In this document: positions 42,055 to 49,777 of the stretch, piece after piece
How the letters are laid out: every line of letters starts with the position of its first letter
How positions within the stretch are numbered: position 1 is the first letter of the stretch
Source of the DNA: Candidatus Omnitrophota bacterium
GTDB lineage: Bacteria > Omnitrophota > Gorgyraeia > Gygaellales > JBFMHM01
DNA length: 64,000 nt
Assembly (NCBI GenBank): GCA_040753015.1
Contig: JBFMHM010000006.1
Location: forward strand, 20,467-84,466
Reading direction: 5' to 3'
Made by a program: the position numbers and the translations under genes
Notes under the pieces: model-generated
Database searches by the model: none
What the model saw: the letters and a program-made list of their open reading frames with translations, nothing else
Told to the model about the DNA's origin: nothing

Positions 42055-43215
42055 ATGAAAAATATTATTTCTAAGAAAGTTTTAGATATGCAGCCATCAG
42101 GCATTAGAGTATTCTTCGATTTAGTGCTTGGCATGAAAGATGTTATTTCGCTTGGTGTTGGTGAGCCGGATTTCGCAACTCCTTGGAATATTAGAGAGGC
42201 GGGTATTTTTTCTTTAGAAAAAGGATTTACTACTTATACTTCAAATAAAGGTTTAATGAAACTGCGCCTTATAATAAGAAATCATGTAAAAAAAATTAGC
42301 GGTGTTGAATATTGTCCAGAGGATGAAATTCTTGTTACCGTTGGTGTAAGTGAGGGTTTTGATTTATTGCTGCGTACAATAATAAGTAAGGGTGATGAGG
42401 TGTTAATTCCTCATCCAAGTTTTGTTTCCTATGCTCCGCTTACTGAGCTTTGCGGCGGCAAACCAGTATTAATTGGCTTAAGCCAAGAAAATAAGTTTAA
42501 ATTATTACCTTGGATGATTGATGAAAATTGTACAAAAAATACTAAGGCGATAATTTTAAATTATCCTTGTAACCCAACCGGTGCATCTTATACTAGGCAA
42601 GAATTGTTAGAATTAAAAAAAATTATTGTAAAACACAATTTACTTGTAATTAGTGATGAGATTTATGGTGATTTAACTTACGATTTCGAGCATACGCCAT
42701 TTGTTTCTTTAGGAGGGGTGAAGGAGAGGACAGTTTATTTAAACGGATTTTCTAAAGGTTATGCTATGACTGGCTGGCGCATAGGATATGCCTGTGGCCC
42801 AAAAGAAATAATTTCGGCAATGACAAAAATTCATCAATATTCAATTATGTGTGTAGCTACAACTAGTCAATGGGCAGCATGTGAGGCGCTGTCTTATGGT
42901 GAGCGTTCAGTTTTAGAGATGAAGAAAGAATATGCAAAGCGTAGAAATTTTGTTGTTGAACGGCTTAATTCAATGGGACTTGATTGCATTATGCCAGAGG
43001 GTGCATTTTATGCCTTTCCTTCTATAAAAAAAATTAGTAATAACTCTTTGGAATTTTCTAGCCAATTATTGAAAAAAAAGAAGGTAGCTGTTGTTCCGGG
43101 AGGTGCCTTTGGTACAAATAGTCATATCCGTATTTCGTATGCTTCTAAATTAGAAGTATTAAAAGAGGCCTTGACACGCATAGAAGATTTTTTAAACAGC
43201 AATGAACGATATTAA
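42055..43215 (+). CDS. Class I/II PLP aminotransferase
   Basis: SLGVGEPDF, NPTG, SDEIY, GFSKGYAMTGWRIG. Confidence 0.92.
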   Translation: MKNIISKKVLDMQPSGIRVFFDLVLGMKDVISLGVGEPDFATPWNIREAGIFSLEKGFTTYTSNKGLMKLRLIIRNHVKKISGVEYCPEDEILVTVGVSEGFDLLLRTIISKGDEVLIPHPSFVSYAPLTELCGGKPVLIGLSQENKFKLLPWMIDENCTKNTKAIILNYPCNPTGASYTRQELLELKKIIVKHNLLVISDEIYGDLTYDFEHTPFVSLGGVKERTVYLNGFSKGYAMTGWRIGYACGPKEIISAMTKIHQYSIMCVATTSQWAACEALSYGERSVLEMKKEYAKRRNFVVERLNSMGLDCIMPEGAFYAFPSIKKISNNSLEFSSQLLKKKKVAVVPGGAFGTNSHIRISYASKLEVLKEALTRIEDFLNSNERY

Positions 43216-43876
43216 TAAGGAGCTTAAAAACTTTGTTTTAAGCTTAGGGGTAGATTTATTTGGTGTTGCTGATGTAGTTAGCATAAAGGATAAATTTTTA
43301 CTTTCTAATGAAGCTAAGAATAATTTTAATCGTGCGATTTCTATTGGCATAGTTGTTGCAAGCGGAGTTTTAGATGACATTGATGGCCAGCCAACACGGT
43401 TATATTATCAATATTACCGCACATTAAATAATTTGCTTGATCAAATAGGTGTGCGAATTGCAAGTTTTATTGAAAAGAGAGGCTTTAAGGCTTTGCCCAT
43501 TCCCGCATCGCAAGTTTTCGACGGAGATAGACTAAATTCCCATTTGTCGCATAAAGAAATTGGTGTTTTAGCAGGTTTGGGCTGGATTGGCAGGAATAAC
43601 CTTTTAGTTAACGAAATTTATGGCAGTCAATTTAGGCTAGCAACAGTTTTGACTAATCTTGATTTAATCTGCGCAAGGCCTTTAGAAAAAGATTGTGGTG
43701 AATGTTATGATTGCATAAGTGCATGTCCGGCTTCTGCGCTTGGTGAAGATAGCAGGGATTATAATTTAAACAATTGTTTTTTAAAATTAAAAGAATTTCA
43801 AAAGAAAAGAATTGTTGATCAGATGATTTGTGGTATTTGCGTAAAAAGCTGTAAGCCCAGTAAAAATAAAAACTGA
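43202..43876 (+). CDS. Epoxyqueuosine reductase (QueG)-like Fe-S protein
   Basis: LSHK..AGLGWIGRNNL, CGECYDCISACP, CGICVKSC. Confidence 0.75.
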   Translation: MNDINKELKNFVLSLGVDLFGVADVVSIKDKFLLSNEAKNNFNRAISIGIVVASGVLDDIDGQPTRLYYQYYRTLNNLLDQIGVRIASFIEKRGFKALPIPASQVFDGDRLNSHLSHKEIGVLAGLGWIGRNNLLVNEIYGSQFRLATVLTNLDLICARPLEKDCGECYDCISACPASALGEDSRDYNLNNCFLKLKEFQKKRIVDQMICGICVKSCKPSKNKN

Positions 43877-43888
43877 AAGGATAGCGAT

Positions 43889-44581
43889 ATGCCTGGTTCT
43901 ACGACAAAAAAATTTGAGGCCTTATCAAAAATTAGCCATGCGATAACCTCAGACCTTTATATCGAGGATATTTTAAAATTAATTGTAACAATTACAGCAG
44001 AGACACTTGGTTCAAAAATTTGTTCATTAATGCTTTTAGATGATAAAGGTTATTTACAGATTCGTGCAACACAATCGGTTTCTCAAGATTATAATAAAAA
44101 ACCAGCGCTTAAAGTTGGCGAAGGTATTGCTGGAAAAGTTGCAGAGGAAAATAAACCAATTTCAATTGCTGATTTAGCTCAGTGCAATGAATATAAATAT
44201 AAAGAAATTGCCAAAAAGGAAGGGTTGGCTTCTTTACTTTGCGTGCCTTTATCGGTTAAGAAAAAAGCAATAGGTGTAATTAATCTCTATACTTCAACCC
44301 CGCATAAATTTACAAAAAGCGAGGTGCATCTTTTAACCACAGTTGCAAATCAAGCAGCACTTGTTATTGAAAATACCGAACTTATAGTTAAGACTAAAGT
44401 TATCCAGGAGGAGCTTGAATCGCGAAAGGCTATTGAGCGGGCAAAGGGTATTTTAATGAAAGATCAAAATATCTCAGAAGACGAAGCATACCGTAAAATT
44501 CAAAAATACAGCATGGATTCGCGTAAGTCAATGCGGGAAGTTGCTGAAGCAATAATTATGGCCAAAGAATTAAAAAGTTGA
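43889..44581 (+). CDS. GAF-ANTAR one-component RNA-binding antiterminator
   Basis: GAF (GEGIAGKVA, LCVPL, GVINLY, ANQAA) plus ANTAR (RKAIERAKGILM...SEDEAY..IQKYSMDSRKSMREVAEAII). Confidence 0.93.
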   Translation: MPGSTTKKFEALSKISHAITSDLYIEDILKLIVTITAETLGSKICSLMLLDDKGYLQIRATQSVSQDYNKKPALKVGEGIAGKVAEENKPISIADLAQCNEYKYKEIAKKEGLASLLCVPLSVKKKAIGVINLYTSTPHKFTKSEVHLLTTVANQAALVIENTELIVKTKVIQEELESRKAIERAKGILMKDQNISEDEAYRKIQKYSMDSRKSMREVAEAIIMAKELKS

Positions 44582-44606
44582 CGCTAGTACATTTATATGG
44601 TATAAT
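44578..44606 (+). promoter_or_regulatory. Consensus sigma70 promoter of the sigma-factor gene
   Basis: TTGACG-N17-TATAAT with TG extension. Confidence 0.8.
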
Positions 44607-44619
44607 TAAATTGTAAGTA

Positions 44620-44688
44620 GCACAAGGATTGTGCAGTAGATTTAGCAATGAGGCGTGTGCCATTAACTAGGCATGCGCCTTTTTGTTT
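44620..44688 (+). promoter_or_regulatory. ANTAR-type dual-hairpin leader with overlapping terminator (sigma gene)
   Basis: P1 GCACA-AGGAT-TGTGC; P2 GC-AATGAG-GC overlapping terminator AGGCGTGTGCC-N8-GGCATGCGCCT-TTTTGTTT. Confidence 0.78.
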
Positions 44689-44752
44689 GGATAATGGAGT
44701 CCTTTTCGAGAGAAATAATCTCTTAAAAAGGATTTTTATTTTTAGGAGCCAG

Positions 44753-45262
44753 ATGGAATTCAGTTTATTGCTTAATAGGCTTTCAGCGCGTTTGAAAAAA
44801 ATTGCCAGATTTTATGGTACAAGAAGTCATTTTTTAAACAATGACGATCTCTATCAAGAAATGTGTTTACATCTTTGGAATAATTTTAAGGATGGGGTAC
44901 CTCCGGAATTTAATGATGCTTATGTTATCCGTGGGTGTGAATTTCATATTTTAAATTATTTAAGGAAGAATAGAGAAAAAGTAAAATTTGTAAGTATTGA
45001 TGAGCCCATAGATGATAATGCTAATACTATAAAAGATATGTTAGTTGATACAAAAGAACCCCTCAAACAATATGTGAATAGAAAAATAACTATGGAATAT
45101 ATTAGTAATAATGGGTTTTCTAAAATGGAAAAAGATGTTTTTGCTTTTTTGATGGAAGGGTTTACGGTTAGAGAGATTGGTAAGAAAATAGGCGTTTCGC
45201 ATGTTTATGTCATAAAATTAAAAAAGAGCTTAGTTACCAAAACAAAAACTTTGTTACTTTAG
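44753..45262 (+). CDS. Alternative sigma70-family (ECF/SigH-like) sigma factor, 169 aa
   Basis: AGGAG RBS before ATG 44753; region 2 DDLYQE..LHLW...ILNYLRK, VSIDEP; region 4 GFTVREIGKKIGVSHVYV. Confidence 0.85.
   Translation: MEFSLLLNRLSARLKKIARFYGTRSHFLNNDDLYQEMCLHLWNNFKDGVPPEFNDAYVIRGCEFHILNYLRKNREKVKFVSIDEPIDDNANTIKDMLVDTKEPLKQYVNRKITMEYISNNGFSKMEKDVFAFLMEGFTVREIGKKIGVSHVYVIKLKKSLVTKTKTLLL
45233..45259 (+). promoter_or_regulatory. GTTACCA-N14-TTACTT motif 1 (putative alternative-sigma promoter of OMP-amtB-glnK)
   Basis: Same motif and spacing at 49625 and 55122; lies inside the last codons of the sigma gene. Confidence 0.72.
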
Positions 45263-45286
45263 TAGCTGTAAGGATTTTTTAAAAGC

Positions 45287-45355
45287 ACATTGATGTAATT
45301 TTAGGACCGAGACGTCCAATTTGTTGCAAAGTGTTGCAATGGGTTGGGCGTTTTT
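45287..45355 (+). promoter_or_regulatory. ANTAR-type leader with overlapping terminator (OMP-amtB-glnK)
   Basis: Weak P1 AC-ATTGAT-GT; P2 GGAC-CGAGAC-GTCC overlapping a 20-bp GU-rich stem 45310-45353 with T-run. Confidence 0.72.
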
Positions 45356-45384
45356 CATTCTATACATAATTTATGGAGAGATAT

Positions 45385-46185
45385 ATGTTTAAAAAAATAA
45401 GATTTTCAGTTTTTATTTTTACCATTTTACTTTTGACCTTTACATTTTCTTATGCTACTCCTACAACGCATATTTGGTCGCCGTCAACCGATGTTCAGCC
45501 ATACGGTGTATTTCACTTAACCGCAGATGCTTATGTTCCAGTTGAGCGAGACAGTGCAGGGAACAGGCCTGACACAGTCACAAACTTTGGCTTAACCACA
45601 GGCATTTTACCGTTCGATAAATTTAATGCTGAAGTTGGTTTTGACCATATTGCAGGGTACGGCGCTTTAGATACTTATCCATTTTATTTTAATTGGAAGG
45701 TAGGCACACCAGAAGATGTATTTTCTAAATTTTTTCCCGCACTTGCTTTTGGTGAATATATGATTGGTACAAAACAAAAAAAAGCAACTGGTGTTGTAAG
45801 AACAGGCTACAACATTTTTTATTGGAAAGCAGCAAAGACGTTATCGATAAAGAATTTTTCTTTGGGTAGATTTTCTGCTGGGTATTATCGCGGCGATAAA
45901 GATTTACTTTTGGATGCAAATGGTAATAGCGATAACGATGGTGTACTTTTAGCCTGGGAAAGAATAATGAGCGAGATTTCTGATAAGCTTTGGGTTTGTG
46001 TAGATTATCAGGGAGGAAAAAATAGTTTTGGTGCGATGAACTATGGATTTGCTTGGAAGTTTTCTCCTAATGTAAGCGTACTATTTGGTTATGACGTACC
46101 AAATAACAGCAATCTTGCTAAAACATTTACTGTGCAATGTGATATAGACTTCGATTTGTTTAGTAAGTTTTTAAGAAAAAAATAG
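45385..46185 (+). CDS. Secreted/outer-membrane beta-rich protein, putative porin of the ammonium uptake operon
   Basis: Signal peptide ending FSYA, aromatic/Gly-rich beta strands; first gene of the amtB operon. Confidence 0.6.
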   Translation: MFKKIRFSVFIFTILLLTFTFSYATPTTHIWSPSTDVQPYGVFHLTADAYVPVERDSAGNRPDTVTNFGLTTGILPFDKFNAEVGFDHIAGYGALDTYPFYFNWKVGTPEDVFSKFFPALAFGEYMIGTKQKKATGVVRTGYNIFYWKAAKTLSIKNFSLGRFSAGYYRGDKDLLLDANGNSDNDGVLLAWERIMSEISDKLWVCVDYQGGKNSFGAMNYGFAWKFSPNVSVLFGYDVPNNSNLAKTFTVQCDIDFDLFSKFLRKK

Positions 46186-46209
46186 AAGGATTAAAAGGAG
46201 GTAATATTT

Positions 46210-47439
46210 ATGATAAATACAGGCGATACGGCGTGGATTATGATTTCATCGGCGCTAGTTATGCTGATGACTCCGGGCTTGGCATTTTTTTATGGCGGTA
46301 TGGTTCGGCGTAAAAATATCTTAAATGTTTTGATGCAATGTTTTATTGTTTTATGTGTACTAAGTTTGCAATGGGTTTTGTTTGGATATAGTCTTTCGTT
46401 TGCGCCAAGCAACGGCTTTTGGGGTGGGTTTAGTTGGTTAGGGTTAAAAGGCGTAGGGCTTGAACCTTATGTTGATTATGCTCCGACTATTCCACATCAG
46501 CTTTTCATGGCTTTTCAGATGATGTTTGCCATTATTACACCAGCTTTAATTATTGGTGCGTTTGCAGAGAGAATGAAATTTAGCTCATTCTTAATTTTTA
46601 CAATTATTTGGGCAACATTTGTTTATGCTCCAGTTTGCCATTGGGTTTGGGGTATGGGTGGATTTTTAAGAAAATTAGGTGCGCTTGATTTTGCTGGAGG
46701 GACAGTTGTTCATATTAACGCTGGAATTGCAGCGATAGTTACGGCAATTATGATTGGAAAACGCAAAAATCTAAATGGCCATATGCCTAGTCCACATAAT
46801 CTACCTTTTGTAGTTTTAGGAACCGCACTTCTTTGGTTTGGTTGGTTTGGTTTTAATGCTGGTAGTGCTTTGGCAGCAAATGGTTTAGCGGTAAATGCAT
46901 TTGTTGTTACAAATACTGCTGCAGCAGCTGCGGGTTTAAGTTGGGCACTTTTAGAATGGATTCGTAACGGTAAGCCGACGATGTTTGGTGTTGCATCGGG
47001 TGCGGTTGCGGGATTAGTTGCAATTACTCCGGCTGCGGGTTTTGTGAGCGTAATTTCAGCAATAATTATTGGTTTGTTGGTTAGTGTATTTTGTTTTATT
47101 GCTGTTAGTTTTATTAAACCAAAACTTGGCTACGATGATTCTTTAGATGCATTTGGTGTTCACTGTGTTGGCGGAATTTGGGGGGCGCTTGCAACTGGTT
47201 TATTTGCCTCAAAGGTTGTGAATAGCGCCGGAAGTGATGGTTTATTTTTTGGCAACCCAAAGCAATTTTTCGTTCAAGCCTTAACGGTGTTAATTACAAT
47301 TGTATATACTGCAATAGTGACAGCGGTTATTTATAAAATTGTAGATGTCATATTTGGGATAAGAGTCACTGAAAAAGAAGAACTTATGGGTCTTGATTTA
47401 ACCCAACACAGAGAAAGGGCATATACGGTGTTAGAATGA
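46210..47439 (+). CDS. amtB: Ammonium transporter
   Basis: [50 protein letters not shown]. Confidence 0.97.
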   Translation: MINTGDTAWIMISSALVMLMTPGLAFFYGGMVRRKNILNVLMQCFIVLCVLSLQWVLFGYSLSFAPSNGFWGGFSWLGLKGVGLEPYVDYAPTIPHQLFMAFQMMFAIITPALIIGAFAERMKFSSFLIFTIIWATFVYAPVCHWVWGMGGFLRKLGALDFAGGTVVHINAGIAAIVTAIMIGKRKNLNGHMPSPHNLPFVVLGTALLWFGWFGFNAGSALAANGLAVNAFVVTNTAAAAAGLSWALLEWIRNGKPTMFGVASGAVAGLVAITPAAGFVSVISAIIIGLLVSVFCFIAVSFIKPKLGYDDSLDAFGVHCVGGIWGALATGLFASKVVNSAGSDGLFFGNPKQFFVQALTVLITIVYTAIVTAVIYKIVDVIFGIRVTEKEELMGLDLTQHRERAYTVLE

Positions 47440-47777
47440 AACTAATTATTGCAATTATCCAACCATACAAATTAGAAGAAGTAAAAGAGGCTCTATACAG
47501 CGCTGATATTAATCTAATTACGGTAAGCGAAGTATTAGGCCATGGCAGGCAAAAAGGTGTAACCGAAGTTTATCGCGGCCATAAAGAAACCGGTAATTTA
47601 CTTCGCAAAATTCGCCTAGAGATTACCGTAAATGAAGAATTTGTTGAGCCAACAATAAAAGCAATTATAAAAGGCGCAAAAACTGGTGAAACAGGTGATG
47701 GAAAGATCTTCGTGTTAGACTTAAAAGAATGTGTGAGGATTAGGACAGAGGAGCGCGGCCCAGTTGCTATAGGGTAA
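47436..47777 (+). CDS. glnK: PII nitrogen regulatory protein
   Basis: [35 protein letters not shown]; overlaps amtB stop. Confidence 0.94.
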   Translation: MKLIIAIIQPYKLEEVKEALYSADINLITVSEVLGHGRQKGVTEVYRGHKETGNLLRKIRLEITVNEEFVEPTIKAIIKGAKTGETGDGKIFVLDLKECVRIRTEERGPVAIG

Positions 47778-47780
47778 TAT

Positions 47781-47820
47781 AAATAAAAAAGCCCCGAATC
47801 ATATCGGGGCTTTTTTATTT
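47781..47820. terminator. Bidirectional intrinsic terminator
   Basis: AAATAAAAAAGCCCCGA-ATCATA-TCGGGGCTTTTTTATTT between convergent genes. Confidence 0.92.
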
Positions 47821-47830
47821 GAATTATAAA

Positions 47831-49420
47831 CTAACCTTTTAGAACTGCTTCAGCTTCTTTCCTATAAGCATCCATCACGTAAGGAATACCAGAGACTTTT
47901 GCTGCATCTTCGGTAAGAGCCATTACATCGCTTCTTGAGATTGATGGTAAGCTGAAATTACGGCTTCCTGCCATTAATTGCTGTAAGCCAACTTTAATTC
48001 TTTGGCTAAATGTGTAAATACCAACAGCGCCTAATGGGATGTCTTTTATATCTTTGCCATATTTTTCTTTTAATTCCTCATATGAAACAAAGATTTCTTC
48101 TGGTTTTGTGCCGAAGTCAGAAATAGTTTTAGGAAGCTTATTTTCCTTAATCCATGTTTCGACATTTTTGCCAACAAAGCCCGGGATCATCAAAGCTCTA
48201 CCCATACAAACTGCTTTAACGTATGGTGCGCCCATAGCAAGGACTTTAAACACATGGTCCTCTAAGGCAAAACCACCAGCAATTGCAATGTCAGGTATGC
48301 GCATTTTTTTCTTTGCTAATTTTTCGCAGAACTCATAAGTTAATGCTTGTAAGTAGAATGTAGGAATACCCCATTCTTGCATCATTCTCCATGGGCTCAT
48401 TCCAGTTCCGCCTGGTGCGCCGTCAATTGTCAAAAGGTCAATTTTAGCAATTGAGGAAAATTTGATTGCCTGTGCAAGCTCTTTCATTGAATAAGCACCG
48501 GTTTTAAGAGTGATTCTTTTAAAACCAAGATCACGTAATCTTTTGATTTCTTTCAAGAAACCTTCTTTAGAAACAAATCCTAGACGTGAATGCCTTTCAA
48601 ATTCTTTGATTGCGCCTGCTTTGAATGCTTCTTGAATTGCATGTACGCTTGGATCAGGCGTAACAATATACCCACGGCGTTGTAATTCTAGTGCGCGCTC
48701 TAATGTCTTTACCTTGATTTCACCGCCGATACATTTTGCTCCTTGTCCCCATTTTAGTTCGATTGTATCAAGCTTGTGTTTTTTACTGACATATTCAGCC
48801 ACGCCTAAACGTGTATCCTCAACATTCATTTGTACTAAAATTTCGCCATAACCTTGGTGGAATTTTTTGTATGTATTGATACGGCGGTCCATTTCAGGTG
48901 ATTTGGCAATTTTTCCTTTTGAATCAAGCTCGAGCCCTGGGTCAATGCCGCAGACATTTTCTCCGCATACTAAAGTAACGCCGGATATTGCAGCACCAAC
49001 TGCAAAATGCTCCCAATTTTTACGGGCAATTTCTGTTGAGCCTAAAGCGCCTGTAAAAATAGGTACTTTCATTTTTACTTTTTGGTTCCATCCATATTCA
49101 GTTTCCGTATCCACATCAGGAAACTTAGTTGTGTCTGGGTCACCCTTTACGCCTTTTGGAAGGCCTTTTGCGCCTTGGGCATAACCTTGGATATTAAGAT
49201 GTGAATAATCAACTGGATAATCTTTGTCTGCTCCGGCAGTCATTTCGCCGAATGGGCCAGGATAGATTACTTCTCTTCCTCTAAATGAGGATTTAAATAC
49301 TTCGCAGTTTCCTACGCAATTTTCAACGCATCTTGAGCATAGGCCTGAGGAAGGAACAACATTTTTTGAGCGGTTGAATGTTCTTGTTGCATCATTTCCG
49401 CCCGGGCATCGTAAATTCAT
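47831..49420 (-). CDS. FMN-binding glutamate synthase family protein (stand-alone GltB2-like)
   Basis: ELKWGQGAK..GGE, TIDGAPGGTGMSP, AGG, KAVCMGRA; N-terminal CSRC..NC..NC; GGAGG RBS. Confidence 0.85.
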   Translation of the reverse strand: MNLRCPGGNDATRTFNRSKNVVPSSGLCSRCVENCVGNCEVFKSSFRGREVIYPGPFGEMTAGADKDYPVDYSHLNIQGYAQGAKGLPKGVKGDPDTTKFPDVDTETEYGWNQKVKMKVPIFTGALGSTEIARKNWEHFAVGAAISGVTLVCGENVCGIDPGLELDSKGKIAKSPEMDRRINTYKKFHQGYGEILVQMNVEDTRLGVAEYVSKKHKLDTIELKWGQGAKCIGGEIKVKTLERALELQRRGYIVTPDPSVHAIQEAFKAGAIKEFERHSRLGFVSKEGFLKEIKRLRDLGFKRITLKTGAYSMKELAQAIKFSSIAKIDLLTIDGAPGGTGMSPWRMMQEWGIPTFYLQALTYEFCEKLAKKKMRIPDIAIAGGFALEDHVFKVLAMGAPYVKAVCMGRALMIPGFVGKNVETWIKENKLPKTISDFGTKPEEIFVSYEELKEKYGKDIKDIPLGAVGIYTFSQRIKVGLQQLMAGSRNFSLPSISRSDVMALTEDAAKVSGIPYVMDAYRKEAEAVLKG

Positions 49421-49466
49421 TTTTAACCTCCAATTTTTAAGACAAAAATATTACCTTCGACATTTT

Positions 49467-49514
49467 GACAGCTTTGTCTTGTTATCGATATGTGTACAGC
49501 ACTACTTTGTGCTG
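49467..49514 (-). promoter_or_regulatory. ANTAR dual-hexaloop motif in leader of the glutamate-synthase-like gene
   Basis: Minus strand: CAGCAC-AAAGTA-GTGCTG, 18 nt linker, GAC-AAAGCT-GTC; both loops A1/G4. Confidence 0.8.
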
Positions 49515-49531
49515 GTGGGTATATTTAACAT

Positions 49532-49570
49532 TGCCTACAAATTATGCAAAAAATGCTCAATAAGTAGGCG
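49532..49570. promoter_or_regulatory. Tandem 17-bp TGC-N11-GC(A/G) boxes (NtrC/Fis-like sites)
   Basis: TGCCTACAAATTATGCA at 49532 and TGCTCAATAAGTAGGCG at 49554, 22 bp apart; third copy at 49662. Confidence 0.55.
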
Positions 49571-49580
49571 ATTAATGAAA

Positions 49581-49609
49581 AGTATAGAATAAATTTTTGA
49601 TTTTGTAAA
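49581..49609 (-). promoter_or_regulatory. sigma70 promoter for the minus-strand glutamate-synthase-like gene
   Basis: Minus strand TTTACA-N17-TATACT. Confidence 0.65.
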
Positions 49610-49624
49610 GTTTTTTTTAATTTT

Positions 49625-49651
49625 GTTACCAACTAGGTAAAATTATTACTT
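49625..49651 (+). promoter_or_regulatory. GTTACCA-N14-TTACTT motif 2 (upstream of GSIII)
   Basis: GTTACCA actaggtaaaatta TTACTT. Confidence 0.72.
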
Positions 49652-49661
49652 TTATAATTAG

Positions 49662-49678
49662 TGCCTGAAAAATAAGCA
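49662..49678. promoter_or_regulatory. 17-bp TGC-N11-GCA box just downstream of GSIII promoter motif
   Basis: TGCCTGAAAAATAAGCA. Confidence 0.5.
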
Positions 49679-49692
49679 CACTGAAAAATAAT

Positions 49693-49731
49693 GAACAGGG
49701 GTGTTCTTTTTATAAGAATACCTCTTTTTTT
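49693..49731 (+). promoter_or_regulatory. ANTAR-type hexaloop overlapping terminator (GSIII leader)
   Basis: GAAC-AGGGGT-GTTC overlapping AGGGGTGTTCTT-N5-AAGAATACCTCT-TTTTTT; P1 not clearly visible. Confidence 0.68.
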
Positions 49732-49777
49732 ATTTGGAGGTTATGGTAAAATATTTAATTATAAATTAGGAGGTTAT

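Noticed and set aside
43202-43876. Reductive dehalogenase
   Set aside because: Too short, no Tat signal or membrane-anchor gene; fits the small QueG-like family.
44648-44752. N-terminal extension of the sigma ORF; similar extensions at 49691-49777 (GSIII) and 14771-14833
   Set aside because: The extensions run through leader terminators or promoters; for the sigma and GSIII genes the RBS marks the downstream ATG, and for the third the signal peptide starts at 14770.
49743-49769. Possible leader peptide MVKYLIIN after a first GGAGG upstream of GSIII
   Set aside because: GGAGG-ATG spacing is only 2 nt and there are no Gln/Glu control codons; more likely a local duplication of the RBS region.
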